From Bacteroidales bacterium (GTDB lineage Bacteria > Bacteroidota > Bacteroidia > Bacteroidales > JAFGXI01): DNA of 41,842 nucleotides. Location of the stretch: the NCBI GenBank assembly GCA_030627705.1, contig DAOVTE010000001.1, forward strand, positions 1 through 41,842, written 5' to 3'. Below are positions 18,656 to 28,529 of the stretch, in pieces (the stretch's first letter is position 1; each line of letters begins with the position of its first letter). The notes below the pieces were generated by a model. The model saw only the letters and a program-made list of their open reading frames with translations. It searched no databases and was not told where the DNA came from. A program made the translations under genes and the position numbers.

Positions 18656-20596
18656 ATGTATATTTTTACAAAAAACAATAAAATGATTAAATACTGCAAT
18701 AATTTACTAAAATACAGTAGGCTAAGAACATATAATGTAAATATTGGTGGAGTTTATTTAGGAAAAGATTATCCTATAAGAATTCAGACAATGACCAATA
18801 CTAGCACATTAGATACCGAAAAAACTGTAGAGCAGTGTATGATTGTAGCAGATGCATTTTCGGATTATATAAGAATTACTGCACCTGGTATTGTAGATGC
18901 AGAAAACTTGCAAGAGATTAGAAGTCAGTTTAGATCTAGAGGATATACAACACCATTAATTGCTGATATACATTTTAATCCTAGAGCAGCAGAAATTGCT
19001 GCAAACACTGTCGAAAAGGTTAGAATTAATCCTGGCAACTTTGTAGATAAGAAGTTTAGATCTGGTAAAGAGTTTTCTGATGAGGAATATAAACTAGAGC
19101 TTATTTATTTAGAAGAGAAATTTACATCGCTAATTAATATTTGTAAAAAAAATAAAACAGTTCTTAGAATTGGGTCAAATCATGGCTCTTTATCCGATAG
19201 AATAATGAGTAAGTATGGAGATACCATATACGGAATGGTTGAAGCCGCAATGGAATATTTACGAATTTGTAAAAAAACAGAATTCTATGATGTTGTAATA
19301 TCTATGAAATCTAGTAATGTGCGTGTAATGGTACAAGCATATAGATTATTAATAAATAATATGATTGCAGAAGGTATAATGTTTCCAATTCATTTGGGAG
19401 TTACCGAAGCAGGTGAGGGTGAAGATGGTAGAATAAAATCGGCAATAGGAATAGGTTATTTATTAACAGATGGTATTGGCGATACAATTAGAGTGTCGTT
19501 AACTGAACCTCCAGAAAACGAGATTCCTGTTGCACGAGCCATTGTAGATTATATAAACAATAAGGAAAATCACCAAAACATTTCTGACTTTGGAACCTAT
19601 CCTATTAATCCCTTCGAATATAAAAGAAGAAACACAAAGTCGATATTAGATATTGGTAAAAATAATGTACCTGTTGTTATCGTAGATTTAAGTATAAATA
19701 GCAAGGTTACTAGTGCAGATTTACTTAATATTGGGTATAATATCAAAGACAATAAATATGTAAAATCTGATCAATGTGCAGATTATGTTTTCGTTCGAGA
19801 ATTAGAATCAGATATAGATTTGCCAGATACTCTAAAACTTATTTGTGATAGTAAAAATTTTATTAATCAAGTAAATGCTTATCCGTTATTTAGTGTTAGT
19901 AATTACTTTACAGATAGTAGTATTAAGTCTAATGAGCTAAATTTCTTGTCGATTACAAACAATATCTTAGATAAAGAAACGCTAAATAAGTTATCTAGCG
20001 AAGAAAAGCTTGTTCTAGTTTTAGAATCAGATAATATAAATTATTTAACAGATGTTAGATCGGCTATTTTTAAGTTAATTAATTCGGGAATAGAGCTGCC
20101 AATAGTAATTAAACATATATTAAAGGATAGTAACGAAAGTGATTTTCAAATAAAAACAGCAATAGACACTGGCGGATTATTTATAGATGGTTTAGCAGAT
20201 GGAATTTGGACTGAAAACATTAATATTGAAACTAAAATATCTAAATCTACTTCGTTTTCTATTTTACAAGCATCGAGAGTAAGAACAACAAAAACAGAGT
20301 ATATATCGTGCCCATCTTGTGGCAGAACACTATTTAATTTAGAAGAAGCTACAGCAAAGATAAAAGAAAGAACATCGCATCTAAAAGGATTAAAGATTGC
20401 TGTTATGGGTTGTATTGTTAACGGGCCTGGAGAAATGGCTGATGCAGATTATGGATATGTAGGTGCGGGTAGCGGAAAAGTATCGTTGTATAAAAGTAAA
20501 GAAGTAATAAAGCGTAATATTGACGAGAACTTAGCCCTAGATGAACTAATAAATCTTATAAAAGACAGTGGAGATTGGGTAAATAAGGATTTATAA
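18656..20596 (+). CDS. ispG: 4-hydroxy-3-methylbut-2-enyl diphosphate synthase, long three-domain form
   Basis: 646 aa. Carries PIRIQTMTNT, LGVTEAGEG and the CPSCGRT...GCIVNGPGE cluster ligands, with a large central insert. The true start may be the ATG at 18683. Confidence 0.9.
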   Translation: MYIFTKNNKMIKYCNNLLKYSRLRTYNVNIGGVYLGKDYPIRIQTMTNTSTLDTEKTVEQCMIVADAFSDYIRITAPGIVDAENLQEIRSQFRSRGYTTPLIADIHFNPRAAEIAANTVEKVRINPGNFVDKKFRSGKEFSDEEYKLELIYLEEKFTSLINICKKNKTVLRIGSNHGSLSDRIMSKYGDTIYGMVEAAMEYLRICKKTEFYDVVISMKSSNVRVMVQAYRLLINNMIAEGIMFPIHLGVTEAGEGEDGRIKSAIGIGYLLTDGIGDTIRVSLTEPPENEIPVARAIVDYINNKENHQNISDFGTYPINPFEYKRRNTKSILDIGKNNVPVVIVDLSINSKVTSADLLNIGYNIKDNKYVKSDQCADYVFVRELESDIDLPDTLKLICDSKNFINQVNAYPLFSVSNYFTDSSIKSNELNFLSITNNILDKETLNKLSSEEKLVLVLESDNINYLTDVRSAIFKLINSGIELPIVIKHILKDSNESDFQIKTAIDTGGLFIDGLADGIWTENINIETKISKSTSFSILQASRVRTTKTEYISCPSCGRTLFNLEEATAKIKERTSHLKGLKIAVMGCIVNGPGEMADADYGYVGAGSGKVSLYKSKEVIKRNIDENLALDELINLIKDSGDWVNKDL

Positions 20597-20953
20597 CGTT
20601 TTAATTATTATGTTTAATTGTGCGACTGCATCAAGAAAGCTAGTATTTATATAATCAACTCTATCTTTATAAGTATAAGTGCCTTTTTCTTCTTTTGCAT
20701 CTAATTCTAAGCTTTTAAGATTCTTAGAAAGATCATCTAAACCAACTATTGTAGCAGAACTTTTTGCTTTATGTGCAATTCTGCTAAGTGCCATCCAATC
20801 ATTATTTTGTAAGCATTTGTTGATTTCATCTATAAATTCTGTTACTTGAGATTTAAAGATATCTATCATCTCTATTAAAAGTTCTTTATTATCTGCAGAT
20901 ATGCTTTTTATATATGTTAAGTCTACTTTCTCCATTTTATAAATATTTGTCAA
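20591..20953 (-). CDS. Hpt (histidine phosphotransfer) domain protein
   Basis: 120 aa, helical. Hpt-like motif [13 protein letters not shown] carries the phospho-accepting His. An alternative start at 20935 would remove the overlap with the kinase gene. Confidence 0.75.
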   Translation of the reverse strand: MTNIYKMEKVDLTYIKSISADNKELLIEMIDIFKSQVTEFIDEINKCLQNNDWMALSRIAHKAKSSATIVGLDDLSKNLKSLELDAKEEKGTYTYKDRVDYINTSFLDAVAQLNIIIKTL

Positions 20954-22808
20954 TAATACTAATTAACTCTTTTGGTTGAAATGGCTTAGATAAATAATCA
21001 TTCATTCCAAAATTTATACATTTTTCTTTTTCGCCTATTACTGCAGCAGCAGTTAAAGCAATTATTGGGATATTATTTTTTTGTTCTTTTCTTAAAAACC
21101 TTGCAGTTTCGTATCCATCCATATTTGGCATATGTAAATCTAGTAAAATAAGATCATATTTTTTGCTAGCCATCATATTAATTGCTATTTCTCCATCTGC
21201 AGATAAATCTACATTAAACCCACTTTTCTCTAAAATAGATTTAGCAATAATTTGGTTCATCCTATTATCTTCTACAACCAATAGGTTATAATTACTATAA
21301 TCTTTATCTACTCTTTCTAATTCGGCAAATTGCTTATCTTTGATAATATTATTGTTTAATATTGCAAATGTGATATTAAAACTAAATACACTTCCTTTGT
21401 TTAGTTTGCTAGTAACTTTAATGCTTCCGTTTTGTAGTTCAACTAATTGCTTAGATATTGTTAATCCAAGGCCTGTTCCTCCATATTTTCTTGTTGTATC
21501 TGAACTTGCTTGAGAGAAACTTTTAAATACTGTAGTTAGTTTTTCTTCAGAAATACCAATCCCAGTATCTTCAACTTTAAAACGTAATGTGACAGCGTCT
21601 TTTTTATTATCAATATTATCAATATTAAGAATTACACTTCCTTTTTCCGTAAATTTTATTGCATTTCCGATTAAATTTAATAAAACTTGATTAAGTCTAA
21701 CAGAATCTCCAATTAATATATCTGGTATGTTTTCTCCAACATTAATAGCAAACTCTAATTTTTTTTCGTCGGTTTTATATTTAAATGATTGATAAATTGT
21801 AGATAAAGAATTTTTTAAACTAAATTCTATTTTTTCTATTTGTATCATATCTGCTTCGATTTTAGATAAATCTAATACATCGTTTATTATAACAAGTAAA
21901 TTATCAGAAGAGTTTTTTATATGTTGCAAATATTCTTTTTGAGAATGGTTTAATTCGGTATCTAACATTAGGTTAGACATTCCTATAATGGCATTCATGG
22001 GAGTTCTTATTTCGTGGCTCATATTTGCCAAGAATTCTTCTTTAATTTTTGCGGATTTTAGAGCCTCTTCTTTGCTTATTGTGAGAGCTAAATTTTGTTT
22101 CTCTATCTGCATGAGCATTTCGTTAAATCCAGAAATTAGTTTTCCTATTTCATCATTCGATTTTCTTGCAATTCTAATGGAGTAATCTTTATTTACAGAG
22201 ACTTCTTTCATTATCGAATTCAGATTCAATATTGGAAAAGATATTACTTTTTGCATTTGTAAAGACAAAATAAATGATATTATAAATGATGATAGCAATA
22301 TTAGTGATGCTAAATTAAAAAAGTGTTTTAATCTTTCATCATATTCATCGAGGTCAGATTCTATGTATACATTTCCTATAATAAGATCTTTGTTTAGTTC
22401 ATCAATTATTGGTTTTACAACAATTAACGAGTTTTTTGTTAGTATTGATGTATCGTTTGTAAAAACAGGTATAATTAGTTTTGATTTGTATAATGAGTCT
22501 TTAATAAAAAATGCAAGCGTACTTTTGTCTGGTAAAAAAATATAAGCCTTTTGTATATGCTTTTCTACTTTTAGTGATTGTAATAATTCTGTAGCTGAGT
22601 AAACATCTTTAAACGAAACTGAAGCTGTACTATTATTTGATATTACTTCTGCTAAAATTGAAATGTTTTTTAAGGTTTTTATTTCGAATTCGCTCTTGTC
22701 ATAAGCCGAGAAAATAAACAAAGCAAAAAGCATAGAGATGCTGCTTACTAATGTAATTAGAATAATGATTTTATACTTTATTGAAAGGTGTTTAAAATTT
22801 ATTTTCAT
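20937..22808 (-). CDS. Hybrid sensor histidine kinase/response regulator (TM - periplasmic sensor - TM - HAMP - HisKA - HATPase - REC)
   Basis: 623 aa. H-box [13 protein letters not shown]-boxes [10 protein letters not shown], and a REC domain ([11 protein letters not shown]...[11 protein letters not shown]...SKP). The N-terminal sensor resembles CHASE8 (tentative). Confidence 0.9.
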   Translation of the reverse strand: MKINFKHLSIKYKIIILITLVSSISMLFALFIFSAYDKSEFEIKTLKNISILAEVISNNSTASVSFKDVYSATELLQSLKVEKHIQKAYIFLPDKSTLAFFIKDSLYKSKLIIPVFTNDTSILTKNSLIVVKPIIDELNKDLIIGNVYIESDLDEYDERLKHFFNLASLILLSSFIISFILSLQMQKVISFPILNLNSIMKEVSVNKDYSIRIARKSNDEIGKLISGFNEMLMQIEKQNLALTISKEEALKSAKIKEEFLANMSHEIRTPMNAIIGMSNLMLDTELNHSQKEYLQHIKNSSDNLLVIINDVLDLSKIEADMIQIEKIEFSLKNSLSTIYQSFKYKTDEKKLEFAINVGENIPDILIGDSVRLNQVLLNLIGNAIKFTEKGSVILNIDNIDNKKDAVTLRFKVEDTGIGISEEKLTTVFKSFSQASSDTTRKYGGTGLGLTISKQLVELQNGSIKVTSKLNKGSVFSFNITFAILNNNIIKDKQFAELERVDKDYSNYNLLVVEDNRMNQIIAKSILEKSGFNVDLSADGEIAINMMASKKYDLILLDLHMPNMDGYETARFLRKEQKNNIPIIALTAAAVIGEKEKCINFGMNDYLSKPFQPKELISIIDKYL

Positions 22809-23355
22809 TTGTTATAATTTTCCCTAACGATAAAAGTTTAGAGCTGATTATTAGCTTTTGTTTTTCTGCAGAATAGTTGTTTATATAAAATCTAAATTTG
22901 GAGTTTCTAGAGGTAAAGTTTATCATGCCTCCTTCTATACAAAAATCTTCTACACTATCCCCAACAGTTAGTATGCTTTTTTCACTCGTTTTTATTAATA
23001 TTTTTTTTAATTCGTCTGGGGTTACTTTAGATATAAATAATATGTTACAATTAGATATTTCTTCAATGGTAGGAAAGTATAAGATTTGAATTCTCTTTCC
23101 ATTTAGAGATCTGTCTCCTATTGTTCTTGTTAGTGTTGAAATAAATTGTTTGTTTCCATATACTCCAATCTGAAAATATTTACTAGATATTGAAGGCCAT
23201 TGCACAAATTTGCCAAAATTATATAAGTATGCAGCTTTTAGTTCGTGCTCGGTATATTGCTGAGCCAAAACCTTATAACTAAAGCTCTGCATAAGAAAAA
23301 GCACAAATAGTACTTTAACTAAAATTAAGTAATATTTTTTAATAATAAGTCTCAA
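22792..23355 (-). CDS. YfiR family (DUF4154) periplasmic protein
   Basis: 187 aa. Signal peptide and the hallmark [16 protein letters not shown] motif. Confidence 0.75.
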   Translation of the reverse strand: MRLIIKKYYLILVKVLFVLFLMQSFSYKVLAQQYTEHELKAAYLYNFGKFVQWPSISSKYFQIGVYGNKQFISTLTRTIGDRSLNGKRIQILYFPTIEEISNCNILFISKVTPDELKKILIKTSEKSILTVGDSVEDFCIEGGMINFTSRNSKFRFYINNYSAEKQKLIISSKLLSLGKIITNENKF

Positions 23356-23356
23356 T

Positions 23357-25633
23357 TTATCTATTAATAATTTTAAATATTTTTATTTCTACTCTTCTAT
23401 TAAATTGTTTTTCTTTTGTTGTTTCTTCTTCTGCAAATTTAGATTCTCCAAAATGTCTTAACACATTCCTGTATGGTTGTATGCCTCTGCTCACGAATGT
23501 ATTTAGAACTGATATCACACGCTTATTTGAGAGTGCATAATTATCTTCTTTATTTCCTTGTGTATCTGAATAACCTGTTATTTCTATACCTAAATCTTTA
23601 TTTTCTTTTACTAACTTAACAAGTCTTTCAAAATCTTTGCCAAATTTATTATCTATTACATAGCTGTCTGGGGTAAAAAATATATTTAGATTTGTAATAT
23701 ATTTTCTGTTTGATAATTTAGAATTCTTAAAATCAATTTCTAAGTTATTCGAAATTTCATCATCATACTTTGCTTCTTTATCTAATTGTTCTAATACTAA
23801 AATATCAGTTGTCTCAATTGCTTTTTCAATTATATTAATTAAATCGTTATAATTTTTGGCAATTAACGTGTTATTGCTTTCGTTAACATTATTTATTATA
23901 CTTTGCGACAACCTATCTAACTCTTCTAGTGCAACTGTGTCTGTAGTTTCAATTAGTTCTTCTATTAAGCTTAAAAGTTTAGAATAGTCCTTGTAGTATA
24001 TAGTGTCTATATGTATATTATCTACTTCGTTTGAGTTATTTATATCGTAAAATGTATTTGTTACAGTAATTTTCTGACCATTAGCTTCTTTGTTGCTGTT
24101 AGCCTTTATTTTTGATAAACTAATTTTTTGATATAATTCATAGAAGCTCATTTGATCTGGTATATGAATACTTAAAATATGAGGCAAATACCCTTCGGCC
24201 TCAATAATCATATCGTACTTTTTGTTGGGAGGTAAGATCATTAAATATTTTCCTGTGCTGGAATTAGGGTTATATATATTTTTTATCCCTTGATTTGTTT
24301 CTTTATCTATAATAATAATTCTGAAATTAGGAGAAGATAATGAGTCTTCAGTTAAAATCTCACCCTTGATTACTGAGTAATTAATACCTTTGTTTAAGGT
24401 AATATTACGGATATTGTAATTGCCATTTTCGTCAATAATATTTGTTGAGTAATAAGCTGTATTTCCATCCCTAGACATTGTAAAATTAAAATCATCTGAG
24501 GTAGAGTTTATCGGATATCCAATATTTATTGGCTTAGACCAAAAGTTTTTTTGTGTATTTATTGTTCTGTAGATATCAAATCCACCAATTGTTTGGTGTC
24601 CATTAGAACTAAAATATAATGTTTTGTTATCATAGTAAATAAATGGGTCAGTTTCGTCGTATTTGGTATTTATTTCGGAACCTAAATTTATAGGGTTAGA
24701 GAAATCTCCATTTTTATTTCTACTTACTTTATAAATGTCTTTACCGCCGTAACCTCCTATACGTTTACTAGAAAAATAAAAGCTTGTACTGTCTAGAGAA
24801 AGACTTACATCTCCTTCCCAATAATTTGAATTTATTGCTTGGTTAAGCTTAACAATATTCAAGCAAGCTCCATCTTTTAGCTCACCTGCATAGATATTTG
24901 ATTTTATTCCTTCTGTAATTGTTAAAAATAATTGCTTTCCGTTTGGTGATAAACCTGCAATAGATAACGGATTTTTCTTTATTGATTTATCAATTTTCAG
25001 AATTCTAGGCTCAGCCCAACCAGATAATTGTTTGTGCGAGTAATAAATAGTTTCTTTTTCTTTAGAGTCTTTTCTTGTAAAATAAATAAAGTCTTCATCT
25101 GCTGAAATATATGGATTCTGTCCAAATATCTTAATATTATTTATACTCTCTATATTTGTAATATCAGTATTCAGAGAATCTTTAATTACGTTTTTTGCAT
25201 AATTACAAATAGAGATTATGGAATCAATATTTTCGGTACTATTATAGGGTTTAGATAATTTAATATATTTATTAAATTGATTAATTGCCTTGTCAAATTG
25301 ATAATTAATATGATAAAGTATTCCTAAGTTCTTATTGGCATTAAAATAAATATTTATTGAATCGTGCTTGATTGTATATTCAAGATATGCAATGCCTTTA
25401 ATTTTTTGATGCTTTGTATTAAAATAGCATGTTCCTATGTAGTATTTAGTATTAAGATCGTTGGGTTTTAAAGAATCTAACTCAAGGTAATACTGTAGAG
25501 CTTTAACAAATTCCTTATTATCGAAATGCTTTTTTGCTGTCTTTTGCAATTCATTTACAGACTGAGAATAAACATTTTGTATAATGAATATTGATAGCGT
25601 AATTAAAAAATATTTAAATACATGAATTTTCAA
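23357..25633 (-). CDS. OmpA-family protein with TPR and TolB-like (PD40) repeats
   Basis: 758 aa. Signal peptide, TPR-like N-terminus and PD40-like repeats (ETDPFIYYDNKTLYFSS). The C-terminal OmpA-like domain carries GYSDTQGN...NRRVEIKI. Confidence 0.85.
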   Translation of the reverse strand: MKIHVFKYFLITLSIFIIQNVYSQSVNELQKTAKKHFDNKEFVKALQYYLELDSLKPNDLNTKYYIGTCYFNTKHQKIKGIAYLEYTIKHDSINIYFNANKNLGILYHINYQFDKAINQFNKYIKLSKPYNSTENIDSIISICNYAKNVIKDSLNTDITNIESINNIKIFGQNPYISADEDFIYFTRKDSKEKETIYYSHKQLSGWAEPRILKIDKSIKKNPLSIAGLSPNGKQLFLTITEGIKSNIYAGELKDGACLNIVKLNQAINSNYWEGDVSLSLDSTSFYFSSKRIGGYGGKDIYKVSRNKNGDFSNPINLGSEINTKYDETDPFIYYDNKTLYFSSNGHQTIGGFDIYRTINTQKNFWSKPINIGYPINSTSDDFNFTMSRDGNTAYYSTNIIDENGNYNIRNITLNKGINYSVIKGEILTEDSLSSPNFRIIIIDKETNQGIKNIYNPNSSTGKYLMILPPNKKYDMIIEAEGYLPHILSIHIPDQMSFYELYQKISLSKIKANSNKEANGQKITVTNTFYDINNSNEVDNIHIDTIYYKDYSKLLSLIEELIETTDTVALEELDRLSQSIINNVNESNNTLIAKNYNDLINIIEKAIETTDILVLEQLDKEAKYDDEISNNLEIDFKNSKLSNRKYITNLNIFFTPDSYVIDNKFGKDFERLVKLVKENKDLGIEITGYSDTQGNKEDNYALSNKRVISVLNTFVSRGIQPYRNVLRHFGESKFAEEETTKEKQFNRRVEIKIFKIINR

Positions 25634-25662
25634 AGAATAATTTTTTAAAGACTTAGTTCAAA

Positions 25663-25670
25663 CAAAGATA
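25663..25670 (-). promoter_or_regulatory. TAnnTTTG -7 motif candidate for the OmpA-YfiR-kinase-Hpt operon
   Basis: The minus strand reads TATCTTTG, with 29 nt between the motif and the ATG at 25633. Confidence 0.3.
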
Positions 25671-25762
25671 TAAATTTTAAGCAAATAGATATTAAAAAGA
25701 TGCCTATTTTACTATTAATTTTAGATTGATATATAAGATGCTCGTATTAAGATGGTAATATT

Positions 25763-25879
25763 TTAAACAATAAAATATTTAGTGTATAGTATTATTTGCT
25801 TAAGATTTTCTGGAATTACGTTATTTGTTACTGTATTGTCTAAAGTTGTTGGAATTAAATATAATTTGCTTTGTGCCAT
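25763..25879 (-). pseudogene. Truncated duplicate of the 5' end of the methylase gene at 1855-2559 (38 codons then stop)
   Basis: Translates to MAQSKLYLIPTTLDNTVTNNVIPENLKQIILYTKYFIV*. The intact gene begins MAQGKLYLIPTTLGDTEINNVIPENVKQIIINTKYFIVENIR... Homology also covers ~45 bp upstream of the ATG. Confidence 0.75.
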
Positions 25880-25924
25880 TGTTGTATAAAAGTTTTTAAA
25901 GCTGAAAGTGTAAAGTTATTGTTT
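25766..25924. repeat. Copy B of the ~159-bp dispersed repeat
   Basis: Collinear with 2446-2604, with about 20 substitutions and no indels. Similarity stops abruptly on both sides. Confidence 0.85.
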
Positions 25925-25959
25925 TAAAGTATTGTTGTTAAATTTTTATTATTTTTTGG

Positions 25960-26442
25960 GTGATATTTATAATTACTATGAAAGTTAGAAGAACAGAAAT
26001 GAAAATTTCAATACAACAAATACTTGTGATTATAAGTGTATTATTTTTATTAGTAGGTTGTAGAGTTAGATATAAAAGTTCTGATTTGTTTAAGAATAAA
26101 GATTCTGAATTATTTTATAAAAAAGCACAAGACTTACAAATTAAGGGGCAACTTGATTCTGCACTAGTATATTTTGATAAAGCAAATCAAATAGCACCAA
26201 ATACTGCTGTTATTTTGCATGAACGTGGGCTTATTAAAAGCAATATGAAGAAATATAAAGAAGCTATTGTCGATCTTAGTAAATCTATTGAGTTAACAAC
26301 AGAACAACGACAAAAAGGAATTAGAATTTCGAATAGAGGCTTAACTTATATGCAAATGAATATGATGGTTGAAGCTTGTAAAGATTGGGAGGATTCAGGT
26401 AAATGGGGAAAAATTTATTTAGAAGAATATTGTTGCGAATAG
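25960..26442 (+). CDS. TPR-repeat lipoprotein (likely true start ATG at 25999)
   Basis: After MKISIQQILVIISVLFLLVGC (lipobox) come TPR-like repeats. The C-terminus ACKDWEDSGKWGKIYLEEYCCE is paralogous to the ORF ending at 174. Confidence 0.7.
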   Translation: MIFIITMKVRRTEMKISIQQILVIISVLFLLVGCRVRYKSSDLFKNKDSELFYKKAQDLQIKGQLDSALVYFDKANQIAPNTAVILHERGLIKSNMKKYKEAIVDLSKSIELTTEQRQKGIRISNRGLTYMQMNMMVEACKDWEDSGKWGKIYLEEYCCE

Positions 26443-26465
26443 AATAAAAAGCATATTGTATATAT

Positions 26466-28472
26466 TTAATTCTTCCCCTTCAAAATCTCCTTCAATTTTT
26501 CAATCTCATCTCTGTATTGCGCTGCCTGAATAAAATCTAAATCTTTAGCTGCTTTTTTCATAAGATCGTTGGTGTTTTTAATTGCCTTTTCTAATGCGTT
26601 TTTATCCATATATTTAATTATAGGATCTGCAGCAATATCAGCTTTTATATCATTATCGTAATTTGCATATTTCTTTGTGTGGTCTTTAAGTGCCGACGAA
26701 ATATTTTTTACAATTTGCTTAGGTGTAATATTATTATCTTGATTATATTTTAGCTGCTTTTCTCTTCTATTATTAGTGCCATCTATAGTTTTTTGCATAG
26801 ATTTTGTAATTTTATCAGCATACATTATAACTAAACCATTAATGTTTCTTGCAGCTCGTCCTGCGGTTTGTGTAAGCGAGCGCTCCGAACGTAAAAAACC
26901 TTCTTTATCAGCATCTAAAATTGCTACCAATGAAACTTCTGGTAAATCTAGACCCTCTCGCAAAAGATTAACTCCAATAAGTACATCGAATCTGCCAGCA
27001 CGTAGACTTTCCATTATTTCTACACGCTCAAGTGTTTCAACATCGGAGTGAATATACCTACATCTAACTAAAAATTTAGTGAAGTATTTAGTTAATTCTT
27101 CCGCCATTCGTTTGGTAAGAGTTGTAACCAAAACACGTTCGTCTTTTTTTACACGTATATTTATTTCTTCAAGTAAATCATCAATTTGGTTTAGACTTGG
27201 TCTAACCTCAATAATTGGATCTAATAAACCTGTTGGACGAATTACTTGCTCTACAATTACTCCATTACATTTCTCTAGCTCGTAATCGGCAGGTGTTGCA
27301 CTTACGTAGATTGTCTGATTTGATAAGCTTTCGAATTCGTTAAATTGCAGTGGACGATTATCTAGTGCAGAAGGTAATCTAAATCCGTATTCTACAAGAT
27401 TCTCTTTTCTTGAGCGATCGCCACCATGCATTGCTCTAATTTGTGGAATTGTAACGTGGCTTTCGTCTAAAATTGTTAAATAATCTTTAGGAAAATAATC
27501 TAGCAAACAGAAAGGGCGAGTTCCTGGTTTTCGTCTATCGAAATATCGAGAGTAATTCTCAATTCCTGAGCAATGCCCAAGCTCTTTTATCATTTCTAAA
27601 TCGAAAGTAACTCTGTCTTCTAAGCGTTTTGCTTCTAGATGTTTTTCTATTCCTTTAAGATTCTGAATTTGAGTAAATAAATCATCTTGAATTTCTCTAA
27701 TTGCAACTTGTGTAGTTTCTTTATTTGTGATAAATAAATTTGCTGGATAGATAAGAGCGTTTTCTAAAACATCCAAAGTATTTCCTTCTACGGGATTTAT
27801 TATTTCGATATCTTCAACCTCGTCGTCCCAAAAGGTAAAACGATATGCAATATCATCGTAAGCAAGGTAAACGTCAATAGTGTCACCGTTTACACGAAAA
27901 TTTCCTCTTCCAAATTCAATATCATTTCTAGAGTAAAGGTTATCTACTAATTTGTGTAAAAACTGATTGTGGTTTAAAACCTGTCCTTTAGAAACTTTTA
28001 TGAGATTTTTGTGAAAAACCTCAGGGTTACCAATTCCGTAAATACACGAAACCGACGAAACAACAATTACATCTCTACGCCCAGACAGTAGGGCAGAGGT
28101 GGTGCTTAGTCTAAGTTTTTCTATTTCGTCGTTTATTTGCAGGTCTTTTTCTATGTAAGTTCCTGTAACTGGCAAGTAGGCTTCTGGCTGATAATAATCG
28201 TAATACGAAACGTAATATTCTACAGCATTATCAGGAAAAAAATGTTTAAATTCACTGTAAAGTTGTGCTGCTAGAGTTTTATTGTGGCTTAAAATTAGAG
28301 TTGGTTTTTGAACATTTTCTATAACGTTTGCAATAGTAAAAGTCTTACCAGAACCAGTTACACCAAGTAAAGTTTGATATTTGTCGTCAGCATTTAATCT
28401 TTCCACAAGTTGTTTTATTGCTTGTGGTTGATCGCCTGTTGGTTTATATTCTGATACTATTTTTAAGTCCAC
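26466..28472 (-). CDS. uvrB: Excinuclease ABC subunit B
   Basis: 668 aa. Carries YKPTGDQPQAI, GVTGSGKTF, the helicase motifs and a C-terminal UVR domain (FIQAAQYRDEI). GTG start. Confidence 0.97.
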   Translation of the reverse strand: MDLKIVSEYKPTGDQPQAIKQLVERLNADDKYQTLLGVTGSGKTFTIANVIENVQKPTLILSHNKTLAAQLYSEFKHFFPDNAVEYYVSYYDYYQPEAYLPVTGTYIEKDLQINDEIEKLRLSTTSALLSGRRDVIVVSSVSCIYGIGNPEVFHKNLIKVSKGQVLNHNQFLHKLVDNLYSRNDIEFGRGNFRVNGDTIDVYLAYDDIAYRFTFWDDEVEDIEIINPVEGNTLDVLENALIYPANLFITNKETTQVAIREIQDDLFTQIQNLKGIEKHLEAKRLEDRVTFDLEMIKELGHCSGIENYSRYFDRRKPGTRPFCLLDYFPKDYLTILDESHVTIPQIRAMHGGDRSRKENLVEYGFRLPSALDNRPLQFNEFESLSNQTIYVSATPADYELEKCNGVIVEQVIRPTGLLDPIIEVRPSLNQIDDLLEEINIRVKKDERVLVTTLTKRMAEELTKYFTKFLVRCRYIHSDVETLERVEIMESLRAGRFDVLIGVNLLREGLDLPEVSLVAILDADKEGFLRSERSLTQTAGRAARNINGLVIMYADKITKSMQKTIDGTNNRREKQLKYNQDNNITPKQIVKNISSALKDHTKKYANYDNDIKADIAADPIIKYMDKNALEKAIKNTNDLMKKAAKDLDFIQAAQYRDEIEKLKEILKGKN

Positions 28473-28529
28473 GCTTTTTGATTAAAAGTTGTAAAGTTTA
28501 AAAAGTGTAATCTGCAGATTGTATAATTA

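Noticed and set aside
20591-20596. Six-nt convergent overlap of ispG and the Hpt gene, which share the palindrome TTATAA as both stop codons
   Set aside because: It is real but trivial: a chance consequence of TAA stops on both strands. There is no evidence of regulatory meaning.
23790-23990. Internal repeat in the OmpA-family gene (LIEELIETTDTVALEELDRL and IIEKAIETTDILVLEQLDKE)
   Set aside because: It is a diverged in-frame duplication of a helical segment within one protein. It is not a DNA-level repeat element or a separate feature.
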